Positions 52,706 through 64,000 of a stretch of DNA of 64,000 nt are shown here, one piece after another. The translations under genes and the position numbers were made by a program. Below the pieces are notes generated by a model. It had not been told where the DNA came from and ran no database searches. It saw nothing but the letters and a program-made list of their open reading frames with translations. The number at the start of each line of letters is the position of its first letter. Position 1 is the stretch's first letter. The stretch comes from Macrostomum lignano (Eukaryota). The DNA is taken from positions 186,001 through 250,000 of the forward strand of contig NIVC01000263.1 of NCBI GenBank assembly GCA_002269645.1, given 5' to 3'.

Positions 52706-55700
52706 TCACTGCTCCTTCGCGTGGCCATTGATGGAACCGGGGCTTAGATCCTTAGCCTCGGCATCGGCGGTCTGGCTCTCGGCGACAACCGAACTTCGAC
52801 AGTCGATGGACCAAACAATGCTACGATAAACGCTAGTCAAGCACTTTCCAAATATGGTCACCAGCAGGGTCTGGTGGAACACCGCCCATTGGCGATAGTG
52901 CAGGCCGCGGAACGGGTCCGAAATTGCTGGGCACATGATGTTGTCCAGATTCACCAGAGTCATCTGCGGAATTGCAGGCCATAACCATCTATGCATGACC
53001 GCATCATATCCGTCATAATCATCTATCTTTGAATGATCGATTCGGGTCATAAACCGCATCAAAATGGGTCATAGTCCTCCATTCCCTAACTGCATCAAAA
53101 TGGGTCATAGCAATTCATTCTGAAAAGACCATATTGGTCATAATCCCTGTTCTGCCATAAAAAATCGGTCATAAACCCCAGTAGCCACAAAAACGGTAAT
53201 AACCCCAATAGCCATAAACAAATCGGTCATAGGCCTAACCCCCAGTAGCCATAAACAAATCGGTCATAACCCCCAGTAGCCACAAAAACGGTCATAACCC
53301 CTAATAGCCATAAACAAATCAGTCATAACCCCCAGTAGCCATAAACAAATCGGTCATAACCCCCAGTAGCCATAAACAAATCGATCATAACCCCCAGTAG
53401 CCATAAATAAATCGGTCATAACCCCAGTAGCCATAAACAAATCAGTCATAACCCCCAGTAGCCACAAAAACGGTCATAACCCCTAATAGCCATAAACAAA
53501 TCAGTCATAACCCCCAGTAGCCATAAACAAATCGATCATAACCCCCAGTAGCCACAAAATCGGTCATAACCCCCAGTAGCCATAAACAAATCGTTCATAA
53601 CCTTCCATTTTCTCTATAATTTTTCAGTTAATAAGGCGCATGAGCACAATATGGTAGCAGAGTTTAAAATCCAGGCTATGACTTAGTCGAGCCTCGCAGC
53701 AGGGCGTATGGCGCCACATTCAATGATAAGCAAAAGTCAAAAGTCAGGCGTTCACGCAGAGTCCACACACTGGCTTATCAAGAGGCGCCGGTAGTTGCAG
53801 ATCAAAGTATATATAATTATAGATAAGTATATTAACGTAAAAGTGAATATAAAAGTATTACACTAACAAAGTACACTCGATATGCCCCACTGCAGTAAGG
53901 GAGAGCGAAGTCGCACTGCACTGCTAGCAGTTTTATTCCAACTTTTATATCATCTTGAACACCTAGCAATTAGAACTTGCAATCAGATTTGAAAGAAGTC
54001 GCAACCAGAATTATGAAACTGGCAAATCAGAATTCAGATAATAATAATAATTGATTACACCTGACAGATGTGCAACCGACAGCTCAGCCGCAGCTATTGA
54101 GCGGCGCATCTGAAGACTGCGTACGGCTGTTCAGTAAAGGGACTGGGGGAGTCGCCACACACACCCTCTCAATTACCCCAGCTAACGCTGGCACCCATTT
54201 TACAGCTGGGTGAACTGAAGCGATGCAGAGTGTCTTGCTCAAGGACAAGGACCTTTCAGTCGTGAGTTTGACGCACTAACCACTAGGCTAGGGGGGGCCG
54301 TAGCCCAGCGGTAGCGCAGCTGCTCTGATGTGCCGCGACCCAGGCTCGATTCTAAGTGCAGTCGCATTAATTTGGGGCTGAATTGGAATCTCGGCTTGGC
54401 TCGCTTGTGCAATTAACGGCCTCGAGAGCCAACCCCCCAAGGCGCAGTGAAGTGTACATGCCTAACAATTGATAAAGTTAGGGCCGCTGTACACTCCTGT
54501 GTGAGTGTGTGCCTGCGTACGTATCCACGCGCTTGTATGCCTGCTCAGGGGAGTCGGCGGAATGGGCAGTAATGCCTCTCGCCGGTTGTGTGCCTATGTC
54601 GCCTAAAGTGCGCCAGGGTGCACACAACCCCCCTGCCTCTAATAAAAAAAACCACTAGGCTACAACCCCGTATAGAGATAATCAAATAAAAAACAAGAGC
54701 AACTCACGCATGAGATCGGTTGCAGCACTACAAAATGATAGATGCTCTGCACCGCCTGGGCCAGTATAACCCAGGAGAAGTCCAGCATCGGCTCCGTAGT
54801 GAATACGCCTGCAATAATTAACGGTTTAAGAGAGCATTGCGCTGCCAATCTACATATATAATCAGTTCACTCTAATAAGTGCCATTAAGTAAGCAGTCTG
54901 TCATATAATAGTATTAAAGGGTTGCAGTTATCACTGGCACTGCTAGTAACAGGACACGGATGGATACTCCACCACCCAGACAGCTCCCAGCAATGGACAA
55001 GTTCTAATTATTTTAAAATAGCACGAGACATGCAACAGTGACAGCAGCAGTGCAAAACAAGTAGAGTATAGGAATGCTTCCGCCCCATCCCCCCTCGTTC
55101 CAGAAGAGCAAGTTCGGAAGGCTTAGAGTTACAGAGGGAGAGATAGGAAAGAGCTCAGGAAATGTGAGAAGTTAGTCCCTAAACATTTTTGTGTACAGAA
55201 AATCCAATATACTAATTTTTTTCTCTATTAACGGGATTGCCGCCCATGTCCTCTATGCTGCCAAGGGAATTTCCTCCCTGACAGGTCTGTCTGGCTGCAC
55301 CCAAACCCAGAAACATAAAAATTTCGCAAGTTGCCCTAAAATTTTGTTCTCTACATTTAAGTCCAGCTGGCCGGATGTGTTTACCCGCTAGCCGGATGTG
55401 TTTGCCAGCTAGCCGGATGTGTTTGCCAGCTAGCCGGATGTGTTTGCCAGCTAGCCAGATGTGTTTGCCAGCTAGCCAGATGTGTTTGCCAGCTAGCCAG
55501 ATGTGTTTGCCAGCTAGCCAGATGTGTTTGCCAGCTAGCCAGATGTGTTTGCCAGCTAGCCAGATGTGTTTGCCAGCTAGCCAGATGTGTTTTCCAGCTA
55601 GCCGGATGTGTTTGCCAGCTAGCCAGATGTGTTTGCCAGCTAGCCGGATGTGTTTGCTAGCCAGCCGGATGTGTTTGCCAGCTAGCCAGATGTGTTTGCC

Positions 55701-57122
55701 AGCTAGCCAGATGTGTTTGCCAGCTAGCCGGATGTGTTTGCCAGCTAGCCGGATGTGTTTGCCAGCTAGCCGGATGTGTTTGCCAGCTAGCCGGATGTGT
55801 TTGCCAGCTAGCCAGATGTGTTTGCCAGCTAGCCGGATGTTTGGATGGATACTAGCTTGATTGTTCCGTATAGTGATTAAAATGAACTTTCAAACAATTT
55901 CGGCACCCGGAAGCCACTGAAGATGAGGAGATTCGAAGGGAAATCTGTACCGGATAAGATGTCATTTTGGATGGAAGCAGAACATGCCGCTAGTACTGTT
56001 GCTGTTAATTGTACAAAAAGTACAAATGGTAATGGCTGCTCCAGAGCTTCACATAACCGCATAGTACGAGTGTAGTATGAATAATTGAGACATGACTTAA
56101 TTGCTCTAATTTTATATATACGAGCACACATATAATACTCGTATAAACTCACCGTCCTTAAAACCGCGCCTGATTAGAAACAGAGGCAGCGCCAAGATGA
56201 GCACGTGCTGAGCATAGTAAACAAATACTTCGCCATTTAACTGAAAATATGCGCGGGTAAATTATTATTTCAATTACATTATGACTTCAGTATTCATTTG
56301 CAATAGATTGAAAATCTTTAAATTAGGGATCTCAGTAGGTGGGAGTCAATGCTGGGGATCTGAGAGTGTTGGGAGTCAATGCTGGGGATCTGAGAGTGTT
56401 GGGAGTCAATGCTGGGGATCTGAGAGGGTTGGGAGTCAATACTGGGATCTGAGAGTTGGGAGTCAATGCTGGGGATCTGAGAGGGTTGGGAGTCAATGCT
56501 TGGGATTTGAGAGGGTTGGGAGTCAATGCTGGGGATCTCAGAGTATTGGGAGTCAATACTGGGATCTGAGAGTTGGGAGTCAATTACTCACCATTCTAGT
56601 GTTAACAACAGGCAGCAACAGAGCGAGCAGAGGCCCATTCAGCAGGTGAATCATCAAACGGAATAAGCCAGTGGTGCACCGACAAGGTGGCATGAGGAGC
56701 AGCACAATCTAAAGTGGTGCGAGACAAAAGGTGAAATAATGAAAAACTTTGACTCAATTTGAAAATAAGAACATGACTATACCCACCTGTATGATAGTGA
56801 TGACATGGCAAGGATTCAGCAGCCAAATAATGCTATTAGTGGACAACTTGAAGCCAATTTCTATGCCAAACACCAGGGCATGCAGAATCCCTAATATCTT
56901 TAAATCAATCTGACTTGGCTGTTGCTGTGCTGTTGCCATGGAAACTGGTGGCAGATGAATAAATTTCCAGGCTAAGCTAAGCTGAAAAGCAGCCAAAGCT
57001 AAACAAGGAATGGTCTCAGCTATCTTTTGCTGCAAACTCAGGTATTGATGGCATTCAATGCCACCAGCTCCATCAACACTGAAGTTGATTCCAGAGTAGG
57101 TCCATCCAAAGAAACTGTGCAT
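52706..57122 (-). CDS. TMEM164: TMEM164-family multipass membrane protein; exons 56787-57122, 56592-56708, 56153-56240, 54708-54808, 52706-52963
   Basis: [58 protein letters not shown] and [26 protein letters not shown]. Exons total 900 nt (299 aa) and all phases match. Confidence 0.92.
53135..53602. repeat. 31-bp minisatellite in TMEM164 intron 4
   Basis: CATAACCCCCAGTAGCCATAAACAAATCGGT. Confidence 0.93.
54038..54669 (-). mobile_element. Older CORE-type tRNA SINE, interrupted in its A box by the 54291-54649 SINE
   Basis: Minus strand reads GGGGTTGTAGCCTAGTGGTTAGTGCG..., then CORE-like CCTTGAGCAAGACACT...CAGTTCACCCAGCTGTAAAATGGGT, ending in a (TTA)n tail. The B box appears deleted. Confidence 0.65.
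54291..54649 (+). mobile_element. Young tRNA-derived SINE with A-rich tail, in TMEM164 intron 4
   Basis: A box TAGCCCAGCGGTAG, B-box-like GGCTCGATTC and tail AATAAAAAAA. Exact 13-bp TSD AACCACTAGGCTA at 54278-54290 and 54650-54662. Confidence 0.85.
55365..55842. repeat. 21-bp minisatellite in TMEM164 intron 3
   Basis: GCCAGCTAGCC(G/A)GATGTGTTT. Confidence 0.96.
56335..56585. repeat. 30-bp minisatellite in TMEM164 intron 2
   Basis: GGGAGTCAATGCTGGGGATCTGAGAGTGTT. Confidence 0.93.
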
Positions 57123-58960
57123 AGTTTGATCAGACCAAATTTAGCTGCTTGTCTGCAGACCTGGGATGGCTAGGAAGTAGCTGATAGAATTTATATTTTT
57201 TAAATAATAATTTTTATCTGGGGTAAATATTGATGAATAGATGACTGCAATAAAGTTTAATATAGCTGAAAATGTGACATTTGTGTTACTTAATTAGTTA
57301 AATTAGCTATGTAAATTTTATGAATAAAATATTATAAAATTTTTTGACTAATTTAACATATCCATTTTTAATACACCAACCTTTTTGTTCAATTATAAAA
57401 CTAACATTGCATTTTGACATGCTTGCAAATCTTGATACTTTGGTATTTTAAAAGTCCAAAGTCAAAATGCCTAAAAACAAACTCAAAATACCTATTTTCC
57501 AATTTAATTTACCAAGATATTTTAAGTAAAAACCTAGTGTACTAATGTATTAAGGTTGCATTGGGCTTGTTTCTTGTAGCATATAAGTATACTCTTATAG
57601 TATATTCTTAGAGTATTTAGAGATACATTAGCCAATATTATTCCAAGACTCAAACCTAATATTATATTGCTAATGCTACCTAGGAAATATTAAGCATGAC
57701 CATTGTTCAGCAATAAGATATTAGATAATACATATATGCATAACCAAAATGATTTACACCATCTATAAAACTTTTTTGACCAGAAATACAATTTAAGTAT
57801 ATAAAAGAAATCTAAGAAAATTAATGTTTTAGGTAAAGAATAAGAATAACTATGATTACATTATTAAGGCTAAATGTCTCATCTATTTTTGGTAGGAATT
57901 CTGCAATTTTCCTTGGTAAGGTAAAGCTAGGGCCTCTTGCCAATTGACCAGATTGGCTTGTTTGGCATTCTGTTGTGTATATATAAGATATTATGTTATA
58001 TAGTTAATTAATTGTCTAAAGGTATTGTTATAATGATGGCAAGTTCAAACATAATAAAGTTTATATATAGCTTGTATATAATAAGATATATTAGAAATCT
58101 CTTAGTTTCTTATATTAAATTATTTTGATGCTAAAATTTAAATAAACAAACAAAATAGTTTACTAAGTATTACTAATCTTCAATATAAAAATAATTAAAT
58201 ATTTTACTAAAGGTAAAGTTTACTATAAAAGATTATGGATTACTATAAGTAGGCCCATAAAGTTTATGTATAAAGTTTACAAGCTAAAATACACCCTTGG
58301 CTTATTCCTTTTAGTCTCTAATGCCAATTCTATCCAAATAAATACTTTGGAAACTACATATAGTCTTGACTAGGTGATCCATTATCATTACTATATTATT
58401 AGGCCTTTCTATATAATATTACTTTTAGTTTTAAGATCTCCATAGTTTAAAGACTTATATATATTATCTATTTTAAGTATCCTTTAGTAGGGGGCCTAAG
58501 CTAGTTCATTTGCTTACAAATTAGTGTCAAAATAATGTAATACAGGAAACTAGGAAACTGCCAACATAATTAATAATAGATTTAATAAATAATAAATATA
58601 AATACTATGAGACAATTAGCAATTTAATAGCTAGGCCTATTACTTAATTATTAATATAGTTAAAGAGTTTAGCTGAATTGACTTAGAACCTTGGCTTAGG
58701 CCTATTAAGATGGGCCTATTTATAGAAGCATAGTAGGCCCTATTTATAGATTTATTTTATATTAGGCCTACAATATTACCCCTTTCAAGGCTTCAAGCAG
58801 CTTTGATTGAGTCTTATATTTTTTAAACATAAATAGTTGCAACTTAAGTTGCCAAATTAGTTTTGCCACACCTTGGCACATAAGTGAACCTAAAAAAACA
58901 AATTTAGGTTGAAAATAGAATGCTAGAATCTAGTCCAACTATTATTAGCTAGGCCTACAA

Positions 58961-59055
58961 TTTTATAAAGGGCAGTGCTTATTCCCACGGTACCGTAGAA
59001 ATAATTTCTGTCCTATTCCAGCGGTACCATGGGGATAAGCACTGCCTTTATAAAG
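58961..59055. mobile_element. Short foldback element / MITE
   Basis: ~35-bp arms TTTTATAAAGGGCAGTGCTTATTCCCACGGTACCG / CGGTACCATGGGGATAAGCACTGCCTTTATAAAA with a ~25-bp spacer. Confidence 0.6.
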
Positions 59056-61269
59056 AACTGATACAACCATGATAAATATGAACAAGCCTAACTAAGCCTT
59101 CCACTTTTGCACAAAGGTATTCTTTCATTCTGAATCTTTCATTCACTGATTCAGAATCCAACTCATTTTCCCGTTGGATAAGCTTGATTGAGTGAAATCA
59201 GATTAAACGAAGCGATGCGCAGGAGAAAAAATGAATATGAAGAATACAAACTTACTTGATTTGCTTTATTTTTTAACAAGATTAAACAACAATTCGCCCT
59301 AATCATTATCTTCAAAAGCACACGAATCATTTTACCTTAAATTTTTTTACCTTGCTATACCTATAACTGATATTGTGGTCACTAGCCCAAGCAGCGTACG
59401 CAAGTTTAAACAAGTCTCGGATTTTTTTACGTTTAAATGATTTTTCTATTCATAAAGCCATGGATAAACAAAAAATGTTCTTTTAACAGTATAAAATTTG
59501 TATATAAAGTTTTGTCATCGCTAAGCATTGCGTCTGCTACACCATTAGGTTTGGTCCATTTTTGACTCTTAGCTTACATGGGTTCCGGCTTTCGTGAAAA
59601 CTGAAATTCATGAGCATTCATTTTTTGAAGAATGTATTTTCTGAGAAATATTAAACTGTCAAATTTTAGAACTTAAACAAGAATTGCGAGCTCTAGAGCG
59701 TTATGGACATTTATTCACTCATTCATTCAATAAAACATACAAACCTTAAGAGATTTAGTATATTTAGATTTTAGTATGGTAAATGAATCACACTGGCTTA
59801 AAAGCATACTTGGACTGACTGTATTAGCTGACCATTTATAGCTGATATTAGCATTTAGCTAATATTTTTAGTATATTAGATAGCAAATTAGCTGATATCC
59901 ATTCCCTATCCCAAAAATCTGCTTTAATGTCTATATGGCTATACCTAACCTAATCTAATGACTGTTGACTATATAATTAATGTAATATTTATTGTAAGAA
60001 GATTAATTGTAAGATACCTCATAAATAATCTTCCTTCACAAATCACAACCAACACGAAAACTTAGACAACACCCCATGTGTACCATGTTGTTGCTACCCA
60101 TCTTATATCAATTGAATCTATTATTGCACCAGACTCCTTAAAACTATATCTTCTTTTTGTATTTTCTTGCCTGTTTTCATTTACAAATGCCAGTGCAATT
60201 GCTACTGCATTACATATATATTCGTATAGGCCTACTGTAAATACTTTAATTGCAAAAATTAATGCTTATCTAAAAATTTTTTTAAATGCCCTCTTTTCAT
60301 TTGTTTCTTCTTTTAAAAATATCCTTTAGTTTTTAATGCCTAATACAAGTAATATTGTTAACTATTTATGCATCTAGATATTTGATATTAACTGAATACA
60401 TAGAAACTTTTTTTTAATTATCTACTAGAAGAATTGTTCTCTTTCAATGATCAAGTTCATATAATACCTGTTTTTCAATTCCTTGTTTAAATACTTTTCA
60501 TTTTGTTAGCTGTTAAACTTAAATTTTGTTCAAAGATTTGTAAAAAATCTTTAGCCACTCTTTTAAGGTTTCAAGGTTAACAGGGGATTTTTTAGATTTT
60601 AAGGCTTTTTGGGGCATCTAAGACTAAGGCATCACTGAGATGTCAAGGAGGGGAGGTTGGTATGTTAAGGCTCGTGGGGGGATTGCTGAGATGTCAGGCT
60701 TATAAAGAATTGCTGGGGTTATCGCAAAGAGATGCTATATGTAGTTTATTTAAATTTTTGTACTGCATTTTTGGCTCCCCAATGAGGGCACTGCTTGCTA
60801 GTTTACTAATTTTAAATCCAACTAAGTATCCGTTAGTACCATAAATACCTATTTTACCATAGTTGGTATAATATCTAATAGGCTATGGCCATAATTATAG
60901 TAAAAGACAAGTGAAGTTTGTGTGCTTAGTTGTAGCTAGCTTACTTAGCTTAGCTGAAGAGGACATCAATGTATCTAGATATAAGATATAGCACAGGCAT
61001 TGCCACCCATTCTATTAACCCTTGGCAATAACTAGAGATCTAGTTTGCAACACAACCTTTTCTAGAGTGTCTAGGAATTGGATAGTAGCTCACCCAGTAG
61101 CCTAAAAAACTTTGTAAAGATCACGTTTGTCCAGGGTAAGCAAGTAAGGCAGGTAGATAAAGTGATTGGCATTCTTAAATCTTTAATAACAATTTATTAA
61201 AATACGAGTTTATTCTCAAAGTCCTACTATAAGTAGTAGACTGAAGTTAGAAAATCGTGTCACTTCCAG

Positions 61270-62468
61270 GAGGGGCCAGACACCAGCGGCTGGCTGCCAG
61301 AGCAGGTCAACGAGCTCGAGCTGCTCAAGCAGCGAAAGCGAACCCTGGAAATTGAGCTGACCGAATTGCGCACCGAGCTGGAGTCGCTTGATCGCGAAAT
61401 TCGCGAGATGGACATCGGCGGTGGTGGCGGCGGTGGCGAAGCTTTTGAAGCGACAAGTCAGCGGGATAAGGTGCGTCTGGCTGTTTGCCAAGTGATCAAC
61501 TTTTTTACTGTTATTTCGATTATAAATATAAATACGAAATATGGCCTGAAAATCTAGGATTCTAGAAAAAAATTGTCATTTTGATTGCCAGTCTGCTAGC
61601 TTAACTAACCAGGCTGCCATTTTGCTTGTCAAAATGCCATTTTGCTTGTCAAAATGCCATTTTGCTTGTCAAAATGCCATTTTGCTTGTCAAAATGCCAT
61701 TTTGCTTGTGAAAAATCCATTTTGCTTGTCGGAAAGCCATTTTGATTGTTAGACTGCCATTTTTACCGCAGACTGCCATTTTGACTGTCAGACTGCCATT
61801 TTTACTGTCATACTGCCATTTTGACTTTCAGACTGCCATTTTTACTGTCAGATTGGAATTTTGACTGTCAGACTGCCATATTTACTGTCAGACTGCCATA
61901 TTTACTGTCAGACTGCCATTTTGACTGTCAGACTGCCATTTTTACTGTCAGACTGCTATTTTCACTGTCAGACTGCCATTTTTACTGTCAGATTGCCATT
62001 TGGACTGTCAGACTGCCATTTTGACTGTCAGACTGCCATTTTGACTGTCAGACTGCCATTTTTACTGTCAGACTGCCATTTTTACTGTCAGACTGGCATA
62101 TTGTTTGTCAGATTGACTGTCAGACTGGCATTATTGCCAGCTTATTGCCATTTCTATACCACTCCACCAACTCAACAATTCAGGCCCTGCTCACAGGCCG
62201 CAACAAGTTCAATTTGAAGCCGGCCACAGGCATCGCCTACCTGGTTGAGCAGGGCCTGCTTGAGAACACTCCAGCCGCCGTGGCCAGCTTTCTATTTCAG
62301 TCCACCAATCTCAGCAGGCGGGCAGTCGGGGACTACTTCGCGCACAGCAAGCCCTTCAACGTGCAGACCCTGGAAGCCTTCGCCGGCCTGTTTAACTTTG
62401 CCGGCAAAAAGTTGATGCAGGCGTTGAGAGAATTTTTGGGCACCTTTGCCCTGGCCGGGGAGAGCCAG
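61270..62468 (+). CDS. CYTH: Cytohesin/ARNO-like ARF guanine-nucleotide exchange factor, 5' part (coiled coil + first half of Sec7); exons 61270-61470, 62184-62468; continues beyond window
   Basis: Coiled coil EQVNELELLKQRKRTLEIELTELRTELESLDREI, then GRNKFNLKPATGIAYLVEQGLL, VASFL, LSRRAVGDY and ALREFLGTFALAGESQ| with the catalytic Glu of the FRLPGEAQ motif. Confidence 0.85.
61575..62150. repeat. 20-bp minisatellite in cytohesin intron 1
   Basis: TGCCATTTTGCTTGTCAAAA grading to TGCCATTTT(G/T)ACTGTCAGAC. Confidence 0.93.
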
Positions 62469-62561
62469 GTGAGTGCGGGCCTGGCTGCATCTAAATATTG
62501 TCTCTGAGTATCTCACTCGCTGGCATCTTACACTATCTTAATTTGACTCTTGATTCTCAAG

Positions 62562-64000
62562 TCTGACTCGTGAGCATCAGGTACATCAGGCTCTTGACTC
62601 ATCTAGATCTGACTCGTGAGCATCAGGTACATCAGGCTCTTGACTCATCTAGATCTGACTCGTGAGCATCACGTAAATCAGGCTCTTGACTCATCTAGAT
62701 CTGACTCGTGAGCATCAGGTACATCAGGCTCTTGACTCATCTAGATCTGACTCGTGAGCCTCAGGTACATCAGGCTCTTGACTCATCTAAATCTGACTCG
62801 TGAGCCTCAGGTACATCAGGCTCTTGACTCATCTAAATCTGACTCGTGAGCCTCAGGTACATCAGGCTCTTGACTCATCTAAATCTGACTCATGTGCCTC
62901 AGGTACATCAGGCTCTTGACTCATCTAGATCTGACTCGTGAGCATCAGGTACATCAGGCTCTTGACTCATCTAAATCTGACTCGTGAGCATCAGGTACAT
63001 CAGGCTCTAATTGACTCATCTAGATCTGACTCATCTGGTACATCAGGCTCTTGACTCATCTAGATCTGACTCGTGTGCATCAGGTACATCAGGCTCTAAT
63101 TGACTCATCTCGATCTGACTCGTGAGCACCAGGTAAATCAGGCTCTAATTGACTCATCTAGATCTGACTCGTGAGCATCAGGTACATCAGGCTCTTGATT
63201 CATCTATATCTGACTCATGTGGTACATCAGGCTCTTGACTCATCTAAATCTGACTCGTGAGCACCAGGTACATCAGGCTCTTGACTCATCTAAATCTGAC
63301 TCGTGAGCACCAGGTACATCAGGCTCTTGGCTCATCTAGATCTGACTTATGTGCCTCAGGTACATCAGGCTCTTGACTCATCTAGATCTGACTCATGTGC
63401 CTCAGGTACATCAGGATCTAATTGACTCATCTAGATCTGACTCATGTGCCTCAGGTACATCAGGATCTAATTGACTCATCTAGATCTGACTCATGAGCAT
63501 CATGTACATCAGGCTCTAATTGACTCATCTAAATCTGACTCGTGAGCATCAGGTACATCAGGCTCTTGATTCATCTAGATCTGACTCATGTGGTACATCA
63601 GGCTCTTGACTCATCTAAATCTGACTCGTGAGCACCAGGTACATCAGGCTCTTGACTCATCTAAATCTGACTCGTGAGCACCAGGTACATCAGGCTCTTG
63701 ACTCATCTAAATCTGACTCGTGAGCACCAGGTAAATCAGGCTCCAAATTGGCTCATCTAGATCTGACTCGTGAGCATCAGGTACATCAGGCTCTTGATTC
63801 ATCTATATCTGACTCATGTGGTACATCAGGCTCTTGACTCATCTAAATCTGACTCGTGAGCACCAGGTACATCAGGCTCTTGACTCATCTAAATCTGACT
63901 CGTGAGCACCAGGTACATCAGGCTCTTGACTCATCTAAATCTGACTCGTGAGCACCAGGTAAATCAGGCTCTAATTGGCTCATCTAGATCTGACTCGTGA
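62562..64000. repeat. 46-bp minisatellite in cytohesin intron 2 (runs off window)
   Basis: GACTCATCTAGATCTGACTCGTGAGCATCAGGTACATCAGGCTCTT. Confidence 0.96.

Noticed and set aside
61081-61160. Donor-like sites upstream of cytohesin (61136 gtaagc, 61153 gtagat)
   Set aside because: In the phase needed to join 61270, each reaches a stop before any ATG, so neither supplies a start codon.
62562-64000. CRISPR-like regular arrays (23-46-bp units)
   Set aside because: Head-to-tail repeats with no unique spacers, no cas genes, and a eukaryotic intron context.

Overview
Eukaryotic (animal) genomic DNA, not prokaryotic: it has GT-AG introns, GC-rich exons and about 35 different mini/microsatellite arrays. 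The style resembles a free-living flatworm such as Macrostomum; this taxonomic call is an inference, not a database result. The first ~19 kb has no recognisable coding exons. It consists of tandem arrays, a hAT-type MITE and a CpG-free kinase relic. It is followed by two convergent blocks of housekeeping genes. The plus block is DDX51, ABT1/ESF2, GSS and LPCAT. The minus block is TMEM164, BUB3, an ankyrin-repeat gene and TAM41. The 5' part of a cytohesin (Sec7 ARF-GEF) runs off the right edge. Exon phases close for all nine gene models. Main signal: DDX51, GSS, LPCAT and cytohesin have no in-frame ATG ahead of their conserved N-termini, but each begins at a phase-0 splice acceptor. This fits spliced-leader trans-splicing with an AUG-terminated flatworm SL supplying the start codon, possibly in operons. 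Other highlights: inverted copies of one minisatellite bracket LPCAT exon 1; an LPCAT intron/exon junction is copied into an ankyrin-gene intron; one SINE is nested in another SINE's A box; CpG-free domains occur, one covering TMEM164 exon 1; and BUB3 has a GC-AG intron. Almost all long ORFs in the supplied track are repeat artefacts.
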